Origin: Psilocybe cubensis
Taxonomy: Eukaryota
DNA length: 64,000 nucleotides
Reading direction: 5' to 3'
NCBI GenBank assembly: GCA_017499595.2
Contig: CM039001.1
Location: 1,860,001-1,924,000, forward strand
The notes under the pieces: generated by a model
Database searches by the model: none
Told to the model about the DNA's origin: nothing
Seen by the model: the letters and a program-made list of their open reading frames with translations, nothing else
Part shown: one piece after another, positions 62,948 to 64,000 of the stretch
How positions within the stretch are numbered: the stretch's first letter is position 1
Layout: each line of letters opens with the position of its first letter
Position numbers and translations under genes: made by a program

Positions 62948-64000
62948 ATGCGACAGGGTAAAAACAAGCGGTCAAGGGGCAGCAAAGACGCTGATGTTGA
63001 TATTTACATGAGAGTGGGAGACGACATTTCTCCCGAAACCTATTCCCGGCCCCATAATTCTTTTCATCACCCCGAAAGTTATCGCGCATCAAACGCAGGT
63101 AGAGGAACGTATTCTAGCGGGCGCGATATGTCTTCTGGATCTCGCAGGGGCGGAGATTGGCGACACGCAGAACTCGATCATGAAAGATATTCGTTTACCG
63201 ACCCTTTTGCACGAGGAGAGAGAGCACAATATGACGACAGTGGTCCCAGAAGTTCAGGGGGGTGGGGACCTGTCAACGATTCTTATGTTCAATCTCGAAA
63301 CAGTTGGCCTCCGCGCTATGACAACGGCGCCTCTTCATCATCTTATGCAGAGCCCTCCACGTGGACTGTTCCAGATCATCCTTCCTACGACAGCTCTCGT
63401 ATTCCTTATCATGACCGTTGGGAAACCAATGAGCCGAGAGAAAGTATCGACGATTGGAATCCCGAACCAATGCGAAACGACCATCGGACGGATCGACGAC
63501 ATCACGACTGGCGTCCAGATAGTCAAAGGGATAAAAATTCAGGGCATAGGTTTCGGAGCGACTCTGGATGGGACTCCAGACGTCGTGACAGAAATTGGAC
63601 AAATGAACCCATAGGACGGCATAACGACCTTCCTCCAGATAAAAGACAGGCTGGCACGGAGGATCGGTCCTGGGAACCAGCCGCATCTTGGGTATCCTCG
63701 ACGACTAATGATTATTCACAGCAACGAGGGCAAAATGGCCAGCGAAGTTATCATCATCAAAGACCAAAACGAGTGCAGAATTACAATAAACATCGAAGAG
63801 AATGGCGTGCTGACGACGGAGAACTGAATAAGTGAGCATCTTTACCTATTTCTCATTGGCTTACATTTTAACTATTTCTATTTAGTTGGACAAGGCGAGA
63901 TACTAGTCGTGGCGGCGTAAATAAAACTTTTCCAAACCAAAATTTTGCGAAACGAAAACATCTACGATCTCCGTCCCGGTCGCGGTCTCGTAGCAGGTCA
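62948..64000 (+). CDS. Arg/Asp/Trp-rich then RS-rich low-complexity protein, 5' part only
   Basis: 295-aa ORF with RD/W motifs; GTGAGC intron at ~63831; the next exon reads ...RKHLRSPSRSRSRSRS to the window edge. Confidence 0.65.

Noticed and set aside
1-64000. tRNA, rRNA, CRISPR arrays, prophage or bacterial-type defence systems
   Set aside because: Intron-rich eukaryotic housekeeping region; no repeat-spacer array or recognisable structural RNA seen by eye, though small snoRNAs could be missed.

Overview
Eukaryotic, intron-dense fungal DNA. Short ~45-80 nt introns and the gene content point to an agaricomycete (mushroom-forming basidiomycete); this is inferred, not searched. I reconstructed 27 spliced protein-coding genes by hand: ORC4 (partial), MED20, a DevR/Esc1-type bHLH, ELG1, JMJD7, NHP2, BFR1, an RFX factor, PPN1, a 144-aa gene absent from the ORF track, acetoacetyl-CoA synthetase, two MARVEL-like 4-TM paralogues, UBC8, THOC5, G6PD, a small 2xCxxC protein, CCDC47, an STB6-like gene, a CrgA/LONRF RING-LON ligase, a cytochrome P450, a PX-domain protein, a coiled-coil protein, a patatin TAG lipase, a DCAF-type WD40 protein and a partial RS-rich gene. 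A decayed P450 paralogue also lies in apparently intergenic DNA. I recognised no tRNA, rRNA, CRISPR array or intact transposon, and no clear novel multi-gene system. The most unusual signals are in RNA processing: (1) an apparent U2-type AT-AC first intron needed to express UBC8; (2) a long last intron in the CrgA-like ligase that would switch the C-terminus between a CaaX prenylation motif and a transmembrane tail; (3) a 5-nt microexon in PPN1 and four GC-AG introns. The intact P450 ends in SKL and has an in-frame Met-Gly-stop upstream. Gene models are manual and exon borders may be off by a few bases.
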